DNA of 62,778 nt, counting the filler. It is 9 parts of 9 records of this genome, joined end to end, with 100 filler letters (N's around TTAATTAATTAA, not from the genome) between each part and the next. Parts side by side here need not be neighbours in the genome. Positions count along the whole stretch, not along the records: positions 1 to 5,630 come from DRR723986_13351; positions 5,731 to 13,725 come from DRR723986_13355; 7 more parts are not named here. One strand, 5' to 3'. The first letter of the stretch is position 1. Each line of letters opens with the position of its first letter. Below the pieces are notes generated by a model, which did no database searches, was not told the DNA's origin, and saw only the letters and a program-made list of their open reading frames with translations. Shown piece after piece: positions 1-9,901 of this stretch. The position numbers and the translations under genes are program-made.

Positions 1-135
1 TTCCAGCGCCACACGGGCTTTGAACCCCGCGTCGTGGTTCCTGCGTTTCTTCATGTTCTGATCTCCTCGGTCTTGGAGACCAGCAGACGTCAGATCGTAG
101 ATTACGTCACTGTCCGATTTTCGGGAAGCAGCTCA
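1..135 (-). mobile_element. Left end of an IS3-family element (terminal IR plus start of transposase OrfA), truncated by the window edge
   Basis: The minus strand starts TGAGCTGCTTCCCGAAAATCGGACA at 135 (IS3-type 5'-TG end). An AGGAG RBS precedes the ATG at 54, which reads MKKRRNHDAGFKARVALE, a typical IS3 OrfA HTH N-terminus. Confidence 0.8.
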
Positions 136-145
136 GATCTCCTGA

Positions 146-1633
146 AGCTATTTCGCGCTTTGTGTGGGTTGGCTGGTTTCCAGTCATGCAGGGCGCTCAC
201 CAGATGTTGCGGTATAGGGTGAGGCTGGCAGGTGGCTGAGCTTGCCTGCGATCAGGTAGGCCATGAGGATGAGGTTCCGGGGGTTGCGATAGCCTCTGGC
301 GCGGGCCTTGGCCGCCTGGATCAGTCCGTTTATGGCTTCAACCGAGCCGTTGCTCAGCGCGCTGTCGAAGCCGTTTAGGATGCCGTCCCAATGGGCTTTG
401 AGGGTCATCGCCAGCTTCTTGAAGGGAGACAGCTTGCTGCGCCGCGCCCATCGGAACCAGGCGGAGAGCTGCGCCTCAGCATCCTCGCGCGTGGTCGCGG
501 TCATGAAGATGTACCGCAGGGTTTCCTTTAGCCGGAACGCGCGACCGGTTTTGAGATGCATGCGTGACAGCTCATGGTGTTGATGGATCTGCCGCTTGGT
601 CCAGCTGTGCTTCTCCTTCAGCCACATCCATCGGCTGTTTTTGAGCGCAGGTTTTTCGCGGACCTCGGCGCGCCGCGCCTCTTCGAGCGCAGCATTGGCC
701 AGCTGGATGACATGGAACCGATCGAAGGTGATGGCCGCTTCCGGCAGATGCCGACCCACGCCTGCGATATAGGACTTGCTCATGTCGATGCAGGCAGCTG
801 TGACGAGATCAGGGTCACCGCCACGCTCCCCGAGGTCTTTGGCGAATGCCCGGACCGTGTCCGCGTCGCGGCCCTCACAGGCAAAGAGCAACCTGCCGAC
901 GTTCAGGTCATGGAACAAGGTGATGTAATTGTGGCCCCGCCGCGATGCCGTCTCGTCGATCCCGACAGCCGTTACATCGCTGAAGTTCTCCTGAGCGCGC
1001 GCCGCGGGAATGTAGTGCTCGAGCACGCGCCATATCCGGTCGTCCCCGACCTCAAGCAGGTCAGCAATGGTCTTCACCGGCATCTCGCGGGCGAGCGCGA
1101 TCACGAAGGCGTCGAACAACTGGCTGAACCCGCTGCCGCTGCGCGCCCAGGGGACCGGCACCTGTCCGGTCTTCCCGCACTGGCCGCACGCGACGCGAGG
1201 TACGGCGGCATGGATAAAAGCCTTATGCTCGAAAAAGCGCAGGTGTTCCCAGGTCCTCGGCCTCGTGTCGTGCACCTACTGATCCGCCGCCCCGCAAGAC
1301 GGGCAGGCAAACCTACTCCCCGCTTTGAAGCGAACATCGAAGTGGATCTCCTTGAGCTTGGAGTCGAAACGCACGTCCGTGACACTCCTTGGGGCCTGAA
1401 GACCAAGCGCCATCGTGAACAAGCTCGTCTCGGGTCCCATCACTCCTCCGTGTCCTCAGGCATGCAAGCACCCACCGTCCCTTCACGCGGGCTGAAGCGC
1501 AACAGACCCGGCGCGCCTGGCGCTGCGATAAATACGGTCTCCGCGCCAGACGCGCCTCACGTCCCGACTACAACATCTGGTATACCTGCAGACCCGTCGC
1601 TCCCCATCAACCCACACAGATCGCGAAGGGACC
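146..1633 (-). mobile_element. Complete ISL3-family insertion sequence with imperfect terminal IRs and an 8-bp target-site duplication
   Basis: IRs are AGCTATTTCGCGCTTTGTGTGGGTTG (146-171) and, on the reverse strand from 1633, GGTCCCTTCGCGATCTGTGTGGGTTG. TCTCCTGA is duplicated at 138-145 and 1634-1641. Confidence 0.9.
184..1440 (-). pseudogene. ISL3 transposase with an in-frame TAG at 1276-1278
   Basis: GGAGG RBS and ATG at 1440 give MGPETSLFTMALGLQAP...FACPSCGAADQ*VHDTRPRTWEHL, in frame with the 184..1275 ORF. That ORF has the ISL3 motifs GIDE, CIDM, FDRFHV and SNGSVEAIN. The stop splits the CPxC...CxxC zinc finger. Confidence 0.85.
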
Positions 1634-1840
1634 TCTCCTGAGGGGGAACTCCTTAGTTGCCAAGATTCCCAAATCATTCGATTGACTTGAGGGTCTGGAA
1701 AACATCAGCTTTTCAGCGGATCACGACGGTTATGTGGTCACGCTGTAAACCACTTGTTCGAGCAGGCTGAGCATACTTGTGTCGGGGCCGAGGCTTGTCG
1801 GAGCAGCTTGGGCCGGTGCTGTATGCACTCCACTCCACCA

Positions 1841-2506
1841 TTAACCGCACTGCTTCATCGTAGGCGCAGCCCGGCGGCGGCTGGTGCGCGAATCCGGGGT
1901 GTTATCTGAGCCGACGCGGGAGATATTCTGAACATAGACGACGGAGCCGTGGCCTACATGGACCACGATACATGACCGGGGTTCGGCACCCATTCGTCGG
2001 TAGAAGTGATGCGCTGGCGCCAGCGCATCGCCGACCACAATGCGAAAAGCTCCTACTCCACAATCCCTGAAATGGCCGATGAGGGTGGAATAGAGCCGTT
2101 CGGCTACCCCGCTTCCTCGGACTTCGGGCGCGACGGCGATGCTGAGCAGCTCATACTCCGGCAGGGGATCTTTAGCTTCGGTCTTCTGCCCGCGTCCGTA
2201 CCGCAATATATCGAGAATGCCTATGATCTTGCGTGGATGTAGCAAGAGTGGAGCCAGCGCGGTTACCAGCGAGAAGGGATGGCGCAGCATTTGGCGGAAG
2301 ATCGGGCCCATCCCTCTGCCGCTTGCGACGAAGCCCACGACGCGGCCGTCGCGTTCCTCGACATGGAGGCTGCTGACCGGGCTTTCATCGATTGCGCAGT
2401 AAAGCAAGGTCAGCACCCGCGATCCCAATGTGGACAGAAATCCCTGGTCGAGACAGGCAGCATGAAGCAGCGCCACCTGTCGGTAGATTTCCTTGTCATG
2501 CGGCAT
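1841..2506 (-). CDS. GNAT-family N-acetyltransferase
   Basis: ELLSIAVAPEVRGSGVA acetyl-CoA motif and AHHFYRRMG. Overlaps the end of the sugar transferase. Confidence 0.8.
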   Translation of the reverse strand: MPHDKEIYRQVALLHAACLDQGFLSTLGSRVLTLLYCAIDESPVSSLHVEERDGRVVGFVASGRGMGPIFRQMLRHPFSLVTALAPLLLHPRKIIGILDILRYGRGQKTEAKDPLPEYELLSIAVAPEVRGSGVAERLYSTLIGHFRDCGVGAFRIVVGDALAPAHHFYRRMGAEPRSCIVVHVGHGSVVYVQNISRVGSDNTPDSRTSRRRAAPTMKQCG

Positions 2507-3188
2507 GGATTTCCCCAGTCCAGTTTACGTCCCGCGCTAATTCGGTTGGCGGCGCAGGCAGGTCGGCAAACAGTTTCCACACCGCCTGCGCCCGCGGAAA
2601 GACCACCACCCAGGCCGTCAGGGCAATCAGCTTCAGATACAATGCGATGCCCTGCCGCTGGACATACCATTCCTCAAGAAGTCCCTTGTAGGGCATGATG
2701 ACATGGTCGTAGAAATGATCCGGATCATTCGAAGCATGCATCATGTCTTCCTCGCCGCGGAAGACGATGGAACCGATGCCCGATAGACCTGGGCGGACTG
2801 TCTTGATCACCTCTTGCGACCTATGCGGGAAAGCGTCGAAGCAGCGTTGTGTCTGTGGGCGTGGACCGATGATGCTCATGTCGCCCAGGAAGATGTTCAG
2901 AAGCTGCGGCAGTTCGTTGATCTTGGTCTTGCGAAGGAAACGCCCCACCGGCAATATCCGAGGATCACCTTTGAGTGTCACTGTGCCCGTGCCAATATTG
3001 GGGCTGTTCTTCAGCATGGTGGCGAACTTCAGGAGCCCGAACATCTGCCCGTCCCTGCCCACACGGTTCTGACGGAAGAATACCTCGCCCTCGCCGGTGA
3101 TCCGCAGGAGGATCACCACCGGAACGAGAAGCGGCGAGAGAACCAGCAGCGCCGCGCCCGAGAAAAGGATGTCGAGAAGTCTCTGCAT
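2496..3188 (-). CDS. Bacterial sugar transferase (priming phosphoglycosyl transferase, PglC/WcaJ-like)
   Basis: QRLLDILFS..., KFATM, GRFLRKTKINELPQLLNIFLGDMSIIGPRP and RPGLSG motifs. Start re-placed at ATG 3188. Confidence 0.9.
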   Translation of the reverse strand: MQRLLDILFSGAALLVLSPLLVPVVILLRITGEGEVFFRQNRVGRDGQMFGLLKFATMLKNSPNIGTGTVTLKGDPRILPVGRFLRKTKINELPQLLNIFLGDMSIIGPRPQTQRCFDAFPHRSQEVIKTVRPGLSGIGSIVFRGEEDMMHASNDPDHFYDHVIMPYKGLLEEWYVQRQGIALYLKLIALTAWVVVFPRAQAVWKLFADLPAPPTELARDVNWTGEIHAA

Positions 3189-3193
3189 GGCGT

Positions 3194-4381
3194 TCACATC
3201 CGGCTGTCGAGGTAACGGCCAGTCTCCTTGTGGTCGAAATCCGGGACCATGGCGTTGAACAGCGCGACAATCTCGGGCTTGTCCCAAGTTGCGCCGGCCC
3301 GGATGCGAGTGATTTCGGTCTGGAAATGCTCGAGCGCCGCGTCGTCAAAGTCGGCTTCGTTGCGGATCACGCCTAGGTTTTCGAAGCGGTCCATGTCCAG
3401 TACTTCGCGCTCGGTAAAGAACTCCTCGAAATCCTTCTCGCCAGTGGTGTCCGAGGGGAAGAAATACACGGGCCATTTCCCCGCCGCGATCAGTTCCGTC
3501 GCACGGCCCCGTGCCTCGTCTTCAGTTTCGCATTCGTGGGGCTCGTAGCCGCGCGCGCGCAGATAGCGCACGGCGATATCGGAGAATTTTATCAGGTTCA
3601 GGGCATCGGACAGCTTGGGGAAAAAGATGTCGCGGTTTTCGCCCAGTATGCAGGACATCAGGCACAGCTCACCCGATTCCTGCGGTGTGACGAAATAGCG
3701 GCGAACATCGTTCGGCGCAGAAATCGGCTGGTTCTTGGCAAAGCGCTGGTTGAACCCGTGCAGGAGCGAGCCATCGGAGAAGGCGACATTGGCAAAGCGC
3801 GCGGTCGAAACCGTCTGGGTTAAGCTTTCGCGCCTCAGGAACATCTCCATGATGCGTTTCGAGGCCCCCATCATGTTGACCGGATTGGCAGCCTTGTCGG
3901 TGGAAACGCAGAAATACTTTCTTGCACCTTTTTCCCTTGCCGCGTGCAGGGTGGCAATCGTGTTAAGAATATTGACCTCGATCAGCCGCATCAGCGTGAA
4001 CGGATCCTTTTCCGAGCGCACATGCTTGAGGGCAGAAAGATTGAGCACGTAGTCATACCCTGAAGCGGCCTCCATAAGCGCCGTAAACTCGCGACTGCCG
4101 CAATCTATCGCGAAGGTGCGGAAATCGGCATCATTATAGCCAATGGTGCTGCGGATGTCGCGCACCAGTTCGACCATATTGTTCTCACTAATATCGACCA
4201 CATGCAGTACACGTGGGTTGCGCTTGAATATTTCACGTGTGACGGCTTGCCCGATAGACCCGGCTCCGCCAATGACCAGAAAACGCGATTTAGTGATAAG
4301 ATCACATAGCGTGGCCTCATGGCGCTTAATGTCGCTATCGAACAGCGCGCGGTCGCGGCCTATCACCTCAAGAATGTTCAT
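3194..4381 (-). CDS. UDP-N-acetylglucosamine 4,6-dehydratase (polysaccharide biosynthesis SDR, LegB/PglF-like)
   Basis: GGAGSIG, SALKHV, STDKAANPVNMMGASKR and RFANVAFSDGS motifs. Confidence 0.88.
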   Translation of the reverse strand: MNILEVIGRDRALFDSDIKRHEATLCDLITKSRFLVIGGAGSIGQAVTREIFKRNPRVLHVVDISENNMVELVRDIRSTIGYNDADFRTFAIDCGSREFTALMEAASGYDYVLNLSALKHVRSEKDPFTLMRLIEVNILNTIATLHAAREKGARKYFCVSTDKAANPVNMMGASKRIMEMFLRRESLTQTVSTARFANVAFSDGSLLHGFNQRFAKNQPISAPNDVRRYFVTPQESGELCLMSCILGENRDIFFPKLSDALNLIKFSDIAVRYLRARGYEPHECETEDEARGRATELIAAGKWPVYFFPSDTTGEKDFEEFFTEREVLDMDRFENLGVIRNEADFDDAALEHFQTEITRIRAGATWDKPEIVALFNAMVPDFDHKETGRYLDSRM

Positions 4382-5571
4382 GCTTCCAACCTATGAAATT
4401 CGCCGTCTGGTACGCTCGACGGCAGGTTTACAACGCGTTCGACAAGCCAACGAGACTGCTCCAATCCATCCGTCTCGCAAGCTGAGAAGGCATCCAATTC
4501 GCTCATCAGACGCCAGATGGGGCGGGTCATGATACCTTGCCCGTTGGTTTGCTCGACAAAGGCGTCCCGCTCAGCGCGATTCTTAAACCGAACAGCATTG
4601 AGCCAATTGTTTGCTCTGGCGCTATCGATCGGTTCTACAAAATGCAGACCATGCTGTGCACAAAACACTCGATATCGCGCAGCAATGTCTGCCTTGATCT
4701 CAAGCATTCGAGGTAATTTCTCCATCTGTGCGCAGCCTAATGCCGCATTCAGATTGGGCATTCTATAGTTGAACCCCACCTCATCATGTACGAACTCCCA
4801 AGGGTGCGGCACCTTAGCCGTTGTCGTTAGGTGCTTTGCACGCAAAGCGAGATCGGGGTCATTTGTCACGATCATACCACCCCCACCTGTGGTAATGATT
4901 TTATTCCCATTAAAGCTCAGGGTCGCCAGCCTGCCAAAGCTTCCAGTGTGTTTCCCACCGACATAGCTCCCAAGAGATTCTGCGGCGTCCTCTATTAGTG
5001 TGACACCGAATTCTTCGCATACGGATGCGATCTCCGCTATACGGCATGGCAGGCCAAATGTGTGCATCGGAACACAGGCCGCAACGCGCGCGCCAGTCTT
5101 GCGGTTGACAAGCATCCCATTTTTGCGCTCCGAATTCGCCCTGAGCCAGATACGCAAGGCTGCGGGGCTCATGCCCATCGTATCCGCATCTACATCCACA
5201 AAAACTGGCTTCGCGCCGATATAGCTGATGGCATTACAGGTAGCGACGAAAGTCAGCGCTTGGGAGATCACTTCATCCCCGCGTTCCACCCCGGCGACAA
5301 TGAGCGCGGTATGCAAGGCTGCAGTTCCGTTGACGGTGGCCACTGCCCGAGCTGTTCCCGTGAAAGTGGCAATTTGTTCTTCAAATTCTGTCACCCGAGC
5401 ACCTATTGAGGAGACGAAATTGGAATCAATGGTCTCAGACAAATATGAACGCTCGTTCCCTTGGAAAACTGGTCGGTGTAATGGCACGGGAGCCGGACCA
5501 TAGATCCCGCGCACCAAGTCGACCAAGGCGTTAATCGCCGGGTCTTTGTATTGCATTGAATTTGCAGTCAT
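4378..5571 (-). CDS. LegC-family (DegT/DnrJ/EryC1/StrS) sugar aminotransferase
   Basis: VNGTAALH, EDAAESLG, SFNGNKIITTGGGG (PLP lysine), GFNYRMPNLNAALG and NLPSS motifs. Confidence 0.9.
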   Translation of the reverse strand: MTANSMQYKDPAINALVDLVRGIYGPAPVPLHRPVFQGNERSYLSETIDSNFVSSIGARVTEFEEQIATFTGTARAVATVNGTAALHTALIVAGVERGDEVISQALTFVATCNAISYIGAKPVFVDVDADTMGMSPAALRIWLRANSERKNGMLVNRKTGARVAACVPMHTFGLPCRIAEIASVCEEFGVTLIEDAAESLGSYVGGKHTGSFGRLATLSFNGNKIITTGGGGMIVTNDPDLALRAKHLTTTAKVPHPWEFVHDEVGFNYRMPNLNAALGCAQMEKLPRMLEIKADIAARYRVFCAQHGLHFVEPIDSARANNWLNAVRFKNRAERDAFVEQTNGQGIMTRPIWRLMSELDAFSACETDGLEQSRWLVERVVNLPSSVPDGEFHRLEA

Positions 5572-5630
5572 TTTTGCTCCAGATCATGTGTAGTGGCTAT
5601 GTGTCACATCCCGTGAGGTAGTATGGCTGT

Positions 5631-5730
5631 NNNNNNNNNNNNNNNNNNNNNNNNNNNNNNNNNNNNNNNNNNNNTTAATTAATTAANNNNNNNNNNNNNN
5701 NNNNNNNNNNNNNNNNNNNNNNNNNNNNNN
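5631..5730. other. Artificial contig spacer. Equivalent spacers lie at 13726-13825, 20722-20821, 27025-27124, 33607-33706, 39265-39364, 48114-48213 and 57542-57641
   Basis: N-runs flank TTAATTAATTAA, which has stops in all six frames. Genes are truncated and composition changes at these junctions. Confidence 0.99.
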
Positions 5731-5731
5731 T

Positions 5732-6340
5732 TTCGATATTGCCTATCTGGCCAATTTGCCTGGCATGGTGGTGATGGCCGCAGCAGATGAGGCAGAATTG
5801 ATGCATATGGTGGCCACCGCTGCCGCCTATGACGGCGGGCCCATTGCCTTTCGCTACCCTCGCGGCGAGGGCGAGGGCGTGCAAATGCCAGATGCGCCCG
5901 AGCTGCTAGAGATCGGTCGCGGCCGCGTGCTGCGCCAAGGCAAACAAGTGGCGATTTTGTCATTTGGCACGCGGCTGGGCGAAACCCTGAAAGCAGCCGA
6001 GGCGCTAGAGGCGCGGGGCATTTCCCCCACAGTGGCCGATGCCCGCTTTGCCAAGCCGCTGGATCACGCCTTGATCTTGCAATTGGCGGCACAGCACGAG
6101 GCGCTGATCACCATTGAAGAGGGCGCTGTGGGCGGTTTTGGCAGCCATGTGGCGCAGTTTCTGGCCAATGAAGGTGTGTTTGACGGTGGGCTGAAATTCC
6201 GCTCGATGGTGCTGCCTGATGCCTTTATCGATCATGCCAGCCCCGCCGATATGTATGAAACCGCCGGGTTGAACGCCCCCCATATCGAGGCGCAGGTTCT
6301 CAGCCTTTTGGGCGCGGCCGTGTTGGGGCGGCGCGCTTAA
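5732..6340 (+). CDS. dxs: 1-deoxy-D-xylulose-5-phosphate synthase, C-terminal part (5' truncated)
   Basis: [29 protein letters not shown] and [14 protein letters not shown] motifs. Confidence 0.93.
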   Translation, partial: FDIAYLANLPGMVVMAAADEAELMHMVATAAAYDGGPIAFRYPRGEGEGVQMPDAPELLEIGRGRVLRQGKQVAILSFGTRLGETLKAAEALEARGISPTVADARFAKPLDHALILQLAAQHEALITIEEGAVGGFGSHVAQFLANEGVFDGGLKFRSMVLPDAFIDHASPADMYETAGLNAPHIEAQVLSLLGAAVLGRRA

Positions 6341-6346
6341 GCCGCG

Positions 6347-7204
6347 CTATTCGCCCGCAGCCAAGAGCGCGGCCAAACCCTGTTTGTAGGTGGGATAGGC
6401 CAGCGCTACGCCCAGTTCTTGCTTGATGCGTGCGTTGCAGACACGCTTGCTTTCGGCATAAAAGCTGCGCGCCATTGGCCCCAGATCCGCCTGATCAAAG
6501 GCAATTTCGGGTGGCATGGGCAGGCCTAGCAATTGGGCTGCGTGGCCAATCACATCTTGGGGCGGGGCGGGGTCGTCATCGCATAGGTTGTAGATACGGC
6601 CGGGGTTTGGATGCGCCATCGATGCGCGCAAAACCTGCACAATGTCATCACGGTGAATGCGCGAAAACACTTGCCCGGGTTTGACAATGCGCTGGGCAGT
6701 GCCGGCGCGCAGCTTGGCAAAAGGCCCGCGCCCGGGGCCGTAAATGCCCGCAAGGCGGAAAATATGCAGCGGTATGTCCGCGATGGCCTGCCATTCGGCC
6801 TCGGCTGCAACCCGCGCCTTGCCACGCGCTGTGCTGGGCGCCAGGGCTGTGGTTTCATCGACCCAACCGCCTTGGTGATCACCATACACCCCGGTGGTGG
6901 AAAGATAGCCCGCCCAGTGCAATTGCCGCGCGGCCTGCGAAATGGCGGGCCCAAAATCTGCCAAAACTGGCTCGCCCTGCGGGCCGGGCGCGGCCGAGGC
7001 CAACAGATGGCTGGCCTGCCCCAGTGCCGCACGAATCGCCCCCGCATCGGACCAAAGCAGCGGTGTCACCCCGGTTTTGGCCAATGCATCGGCGCGCGCG
7101 GCATCGCGCGTGGTGCCAAAAACCTGCCAGCCATCGGCCAGCAGCGCCTGCCCCAAAGCCTGCGCAACATAGCCATGACCAAAGGAAATCAATGTTTTGT
7201 TCAT
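6347..7204 (-). CDS. Atypical SDR / NAD-dependent epimerase-dehydratase family protein
   Basis: FGHGYVA, YLSTTGVYGD, FRLAGIYGPGR and FSRIHRDDI motifs. Confidence 0.85.
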   Translation of the reverse strand: MNKTLISFGHGYVAQALGQALLADGWQVFGTTRDAARADALAKTGVTPLLWSDAGAIRAALGQASHLLASAAPGPQGEPVLADFGPAISQAARQLHWAGYLSTTGVYGDHQGGWVDETTALAPSTARGKARVAAEAEWQAIADIPLHIFRLAGIYGPGRGPFAKLRAGTAQRIVKPGQVFSRIHRDDIVQVLRASMAHPNPGRIYNLCDDDPAPPQDVIGHAAQLLGLPMPPEIAFDQADLGPMARSFYAESKRVCNARIKQELGVALAYPTYKQGLAALLAAGE

Positions 7205-7234
7205 GCTCAATAGATGCGGGGCGGCGCATTCTTT

Positions 7235-7288
7235 GGCAAGTGTTACAAAAAACAGTTTTCGAATTCATGTTTGTAACATATACTTGCC
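7235..7288. promoter_or_regulatory. Spaced inverted repeat, candidate operator for the paa operon
   Basis: TGTTACAAA (7241-7249) and TTTGTAACA (7270-7278), flanked by GGCAAG/CTTGCC, in the AT-rich divergent region before paaA. Confidence 0.55.
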
Positions 7289-7309
7289 CCAGCGACAGGA
7301 GGAGCCCGC

Positions 7310-8293
7310 ATGTATTCCCAAGGATTGATCGGTGCTGATGGCACCACCACCGAAACGCCCGAATTCTTGCAAGCGTTCCAGGCCCGTGTGGATGCCGAAG
7401 AAAAGATCGAGCCGAACGACCCGATGCCCGAGGGCTATCGCCGCACCTTGGTGCGCCAGATCGGCCAACATGCGCATTCTGAAATCGTGGGCATGCTGCC
7501 CGAAGGCAATTGGATTACCCGCGCGCCAAGCCTGAAGCGCAAAGCCGCACTTTTGGCCAAGGTGCAAGACGAAGGCGGGCACGGGCTGTATTTATATTCG
7601 GCCGCCGAAACGCTGGGTGTAAGCCGCGAACAGATGACCGAAGAATTGCTGTCTGGCAAAGCCAAATATTCGTCGATCTTCAACTACCCCACATTAAGCT
7701 GGGCCGATATCGGCATCATTGGCTGGCTGGTCGATGGCGCGGCGATTATGAACCAGATCCCGCTGTGCCGGTGCTCTTATGGCCCCTACGCGCGTGCCAT
7801 GATCCGCGTGTGCAAAGAGGAATCATTCCATCAGCGGCAGGGGTATGAAATTGTAATGACCCTGGCCCAGGGCACGCCTGCGCAAAAAGCCATGGCGCAA
7901 GATGCGTTGAACCGCTGGTGGTGGCCCGCGCTGATGATGTTTGGCCCCCATGATGCCGACAGCCAGCATTCTGATCAATCGATGGCCTGGAAGATCAAGC
8001 GCTTTACCAACGATGAATTGCGGCAGAAATTCATCGATGCGACCGTGCCGCAAGCCGAATACCTGGGCCTAACCCTGCCCGACCCGGCGCTGCGCTGGAA
8101 CGAAGAGAAGGGCGGTTATGACCATGGCCCGATCGACTGGGACGAGTTTTGGGCCGTGGTCAAGGGCAATGGCCCAATGGCACGCGACCGCATAAAGGCG
8201 CGCCGCAAAGCTTGGGACGACGGCGCCTGGGTGCGCGAGGCCGCATTGGCCCATGCCGAAAAACGCCGCGCGCGGAAAATGGCCGCAGAATAA
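7310..8293 (+). CDS. paaA: Phenylacetyl-CoA epoxidase catalytic subunit A
   Basis: [35 protein letters not shown] and [11 protein letters not shown] di-iron motifs. AGGAGG RBS. Confidence 0.96.
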   Translation: MYSQGLIGADGTTTETPEFLQAFQARVDAEEKIEPNDPMPEGYRRTLVRQIGQHAHSEIVGMLPEGNWITRAPSLKRKAALLAKVQDEGGHGLYLYSAAETLGVSREQMTEELLSGKAKYSSIFNYPTLSWADIGIIGWLVDGAAIMNQIPLCRCSYGPYARAMIRVCKEESFHQRQGYEIVMTLAQGTPAQKAMAQDALNRWWWPALMMFGPHDADSQHSDQSMAWKIKRFTNDELRQKFIDATVPQAEYLGLTLPDPALRWNEEKGGYDHGPIDWDEFWAVVKGNGPMARDRIKARRKAWDDGAWVREAALAHAEKRRARKMAAE

Positions 8294-8327
8294 CCCGCCT
8301 CGGCGCTTTTTGGTGCCGGTGGGATAT

Positions 8328-8349
8328 GAGTATTTGCAGCAAGATGAAG
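8328..8349 (+). repeat. Rhodobacteraceae REP-like motif GAGTATTTGCAGCAAGATGAAG
   Basis: Near-identical to motifs at 39072-39093, 39235-39254 (inverted), 58154-58174 and 58241-58261 (inverted). Confidence 0.6.
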
Positions 8350-8358
8350 GAAAGCGCC

Positions 8359-8655
8359 ATGACACAGGCCACCAGCGGGGCCATGCCCCTGTGGGAAGTT
8401 TTCATTCGCCCGCGCAACGGGCTGTCGCACAAGCATGCCGGCTCGTTGCATGCCGCCGACGAGGTGATGGCGCTGCAGGCGGCGCGTGATGTGTATACGC
8501 GGCGGGGCGAGGGCAATTCGATCTGGGTGGTGCGCTCGGCCGATATTGTGGCCAGTGATCCGGTGCAGGCGGGCGAGAATTTTGAGCCTACCGCCGATAA
8601 GGTTTATCGCCACCCGACCTTTTACGAGATACCCGAAGACGTGGGGCATATGTGA
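8359..8655 (+). CDS. paaB: Phenylacetyl-CoA epoxidase subunit B
   Basis: PLWEVFIR, HAGSLHAAD, ARDVYTRRGEG and DKVYRHPTFY motifs. Start re-placed at ATG 8359. Confidence 0.95.
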   Translation: MTQATSGAMPLWEVFIRPRNGLSHKHAGSLHAADEVMALQAARDVYTRRGEGNSIWVVRSADIVASDPVQAGENFEPTADKVYRHPTFYEIPEDVGHM

Positions 8656-9404
8656 TGGCGGTTTTCGAGGCGGTTCTAGAGCTGGCCGATGACCATCTGG
8701 TTTTGGGCCACAGGATCAGCGAATGGTGCGGGCATGCGCCGATGCTAGAGGAAGATCTGGCCATGCCGAATATGGCGCTGGATCTGATCGGATCGGCGCG
8801 CACGCTTTATGCGCATGCTGGCGCATTAGAGGGGCAAGGCCGGGGCGAGGATGAGCTGGCCTATTTGCGCGGCGAGCGCGAGTATCGCAACTGCCTGCTG
8901 GTTGAACGGCCCAACGAAGACTTTGCCCACACGATGCTGCGCAGCCTGTATTTTGCAGCCTTCATGCGGCCCTATTGGCTGGCTGTTTTGGCGCAGAGCA
9001 GTGATGAGGTGTTGCGCGGTGTGGCGGGCAAGGCCGAAAAGGAAATGGCCTACCATATTCGCCATGCGGGCGAGTGGGTGGTGCGGCTGGGGGATGGCAC
9101 CGAGGAAAGCAGTGCGCGTATGCGGGCTGCGGTAGAGGCGCTGCATCTTTATACCGAAGAGCTGTTTGAAAGCTCGGATGTGGCGGCTGCGGCCGAGGCT
9201 GCGGGCCTGTTGCCCGAGCGCGCGCAGATGCGGGCGCCCTGGCAGGCGATGATTGCCGAGATTTTTGAGCAGGCGTTTTTGGCTGTGCCGCAGGGTGGGC
9301 CTGTGTTGCGCGGCGGGCGCCAGGGGCTGCATGGCGAGGGTTTGGGCCATATGTTGGCCGAGATGCAGGTGTTGCACCGCGCCCATCCGGGGGCGCGCTG
9401 GTAA
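8652..9404 (+). CDS. paaC: Phenylacetyl-CoA epoxidase subunit C
   Basis: LADDHLVLGHRISEWCGHAPMLEED and LAEMQVLHRAHPGARW motifs. Confidence 0.95.
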   Translation: MMAVFEAVLELADDHLVLGHRISEWCGHAPMLEEDLAMPNMALDLIGSARTLYAHAGALEGQGRGEDELAYLRGEREYRNCLLVERPNEDFAHTMLRSLYFAAFMRPYWLAVLAQSSDEVLRGVAGKAEKEMAYHIRHAGEWVVRLGDGTEESSARMRAAVEALHLYTEELFESSDVAAAAEAAGLLPERAQMRAPWQAMIAEIFEQAFLAVPQGGPVLRGGRQGLHGEGLGHMLAEMQVLHRAHPGARW

Positions 9405-9892
9405 TGGCCGTGCTTGCGCTGCAGGAGGCCCGCGCCTGGGCGGCCGCCGCTGCGGTGCCCGACCCCGAAGTGCCCTGTGTGACTGTGGCAGATTTGGGTA
9501 TTTTACGCTGGGTGCGGCTGCAAGATGGGCTGGCCGTGGCGGGCGTGTCGCCCACCTATTCGGGCTGCCCGGCTGTATTGGCGATCGAGCTGGCCATCGA
9601 GGCTGCTTTGCGCGATGCCGGGTTTGAGCCGCGGATCGAACGGCTGTTATCGCCGCCCTGGACCACCGATTGGATCACCGCCGAGGGCCGCGAAAAGCTG
9701 CGCGCCTATGGCATTGCGCCGCCAGTGGCGGGGGCGGGTAAGGCCAGCCTGTTTCAGGCGGCCCAGGTGGCCTGCCCGCGCTGTGGCAGTGGCGATACCG
9801 AACGCCTAAGCGAATTTGGCTCGACCGCATGCAAGGCGCAATACCGCTGCTGCGCATGCCGCGAGCCTTTTGATTATTTCAAATGTATCTGA
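9404..9892 (+). CDS. paaD: Phenylacetyl-CoA epoxidase subunit D (PaaD/PaaJ)
   Basis: VPDPEVP, PTYSGCPA, CPRCGS and FGSTACKA...C..CREPFDYFKC motifs. Confidence 0.94.
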   Translation: MAVLALQEARAWAAAAAVPDPEVPCVTVADLGILRWVRLQDGLAVAGVSPTYSGCPAVLAIELAIEAALRDAGFEPRIERLLSPPWTTDWITAEGREKLRAYGIAPPVAGAGKASLFQAAQVACPRCGSGDTERLSEFGSTACKAQYRCCACREPFDYFKCI

Positions 9893-9901
9893 GGGGGCTT
9901 T

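Noticed and set aside
1642-1725. Possible end of a third IS beside the ISL3 (minus strand GTGATCCGCTGAAAAG...AAGGAGTTCCCC)
   Set aside because: It has an IS-end-like look and an orphan RBS, but no partner IR or transposase is visible.
5675-5686. TTAATTAATTAA repeated eight times at multi-kb intervals
   Set aside because: It is an assembly linker embedded in N-runs, not a biological repeat or CRISPR.
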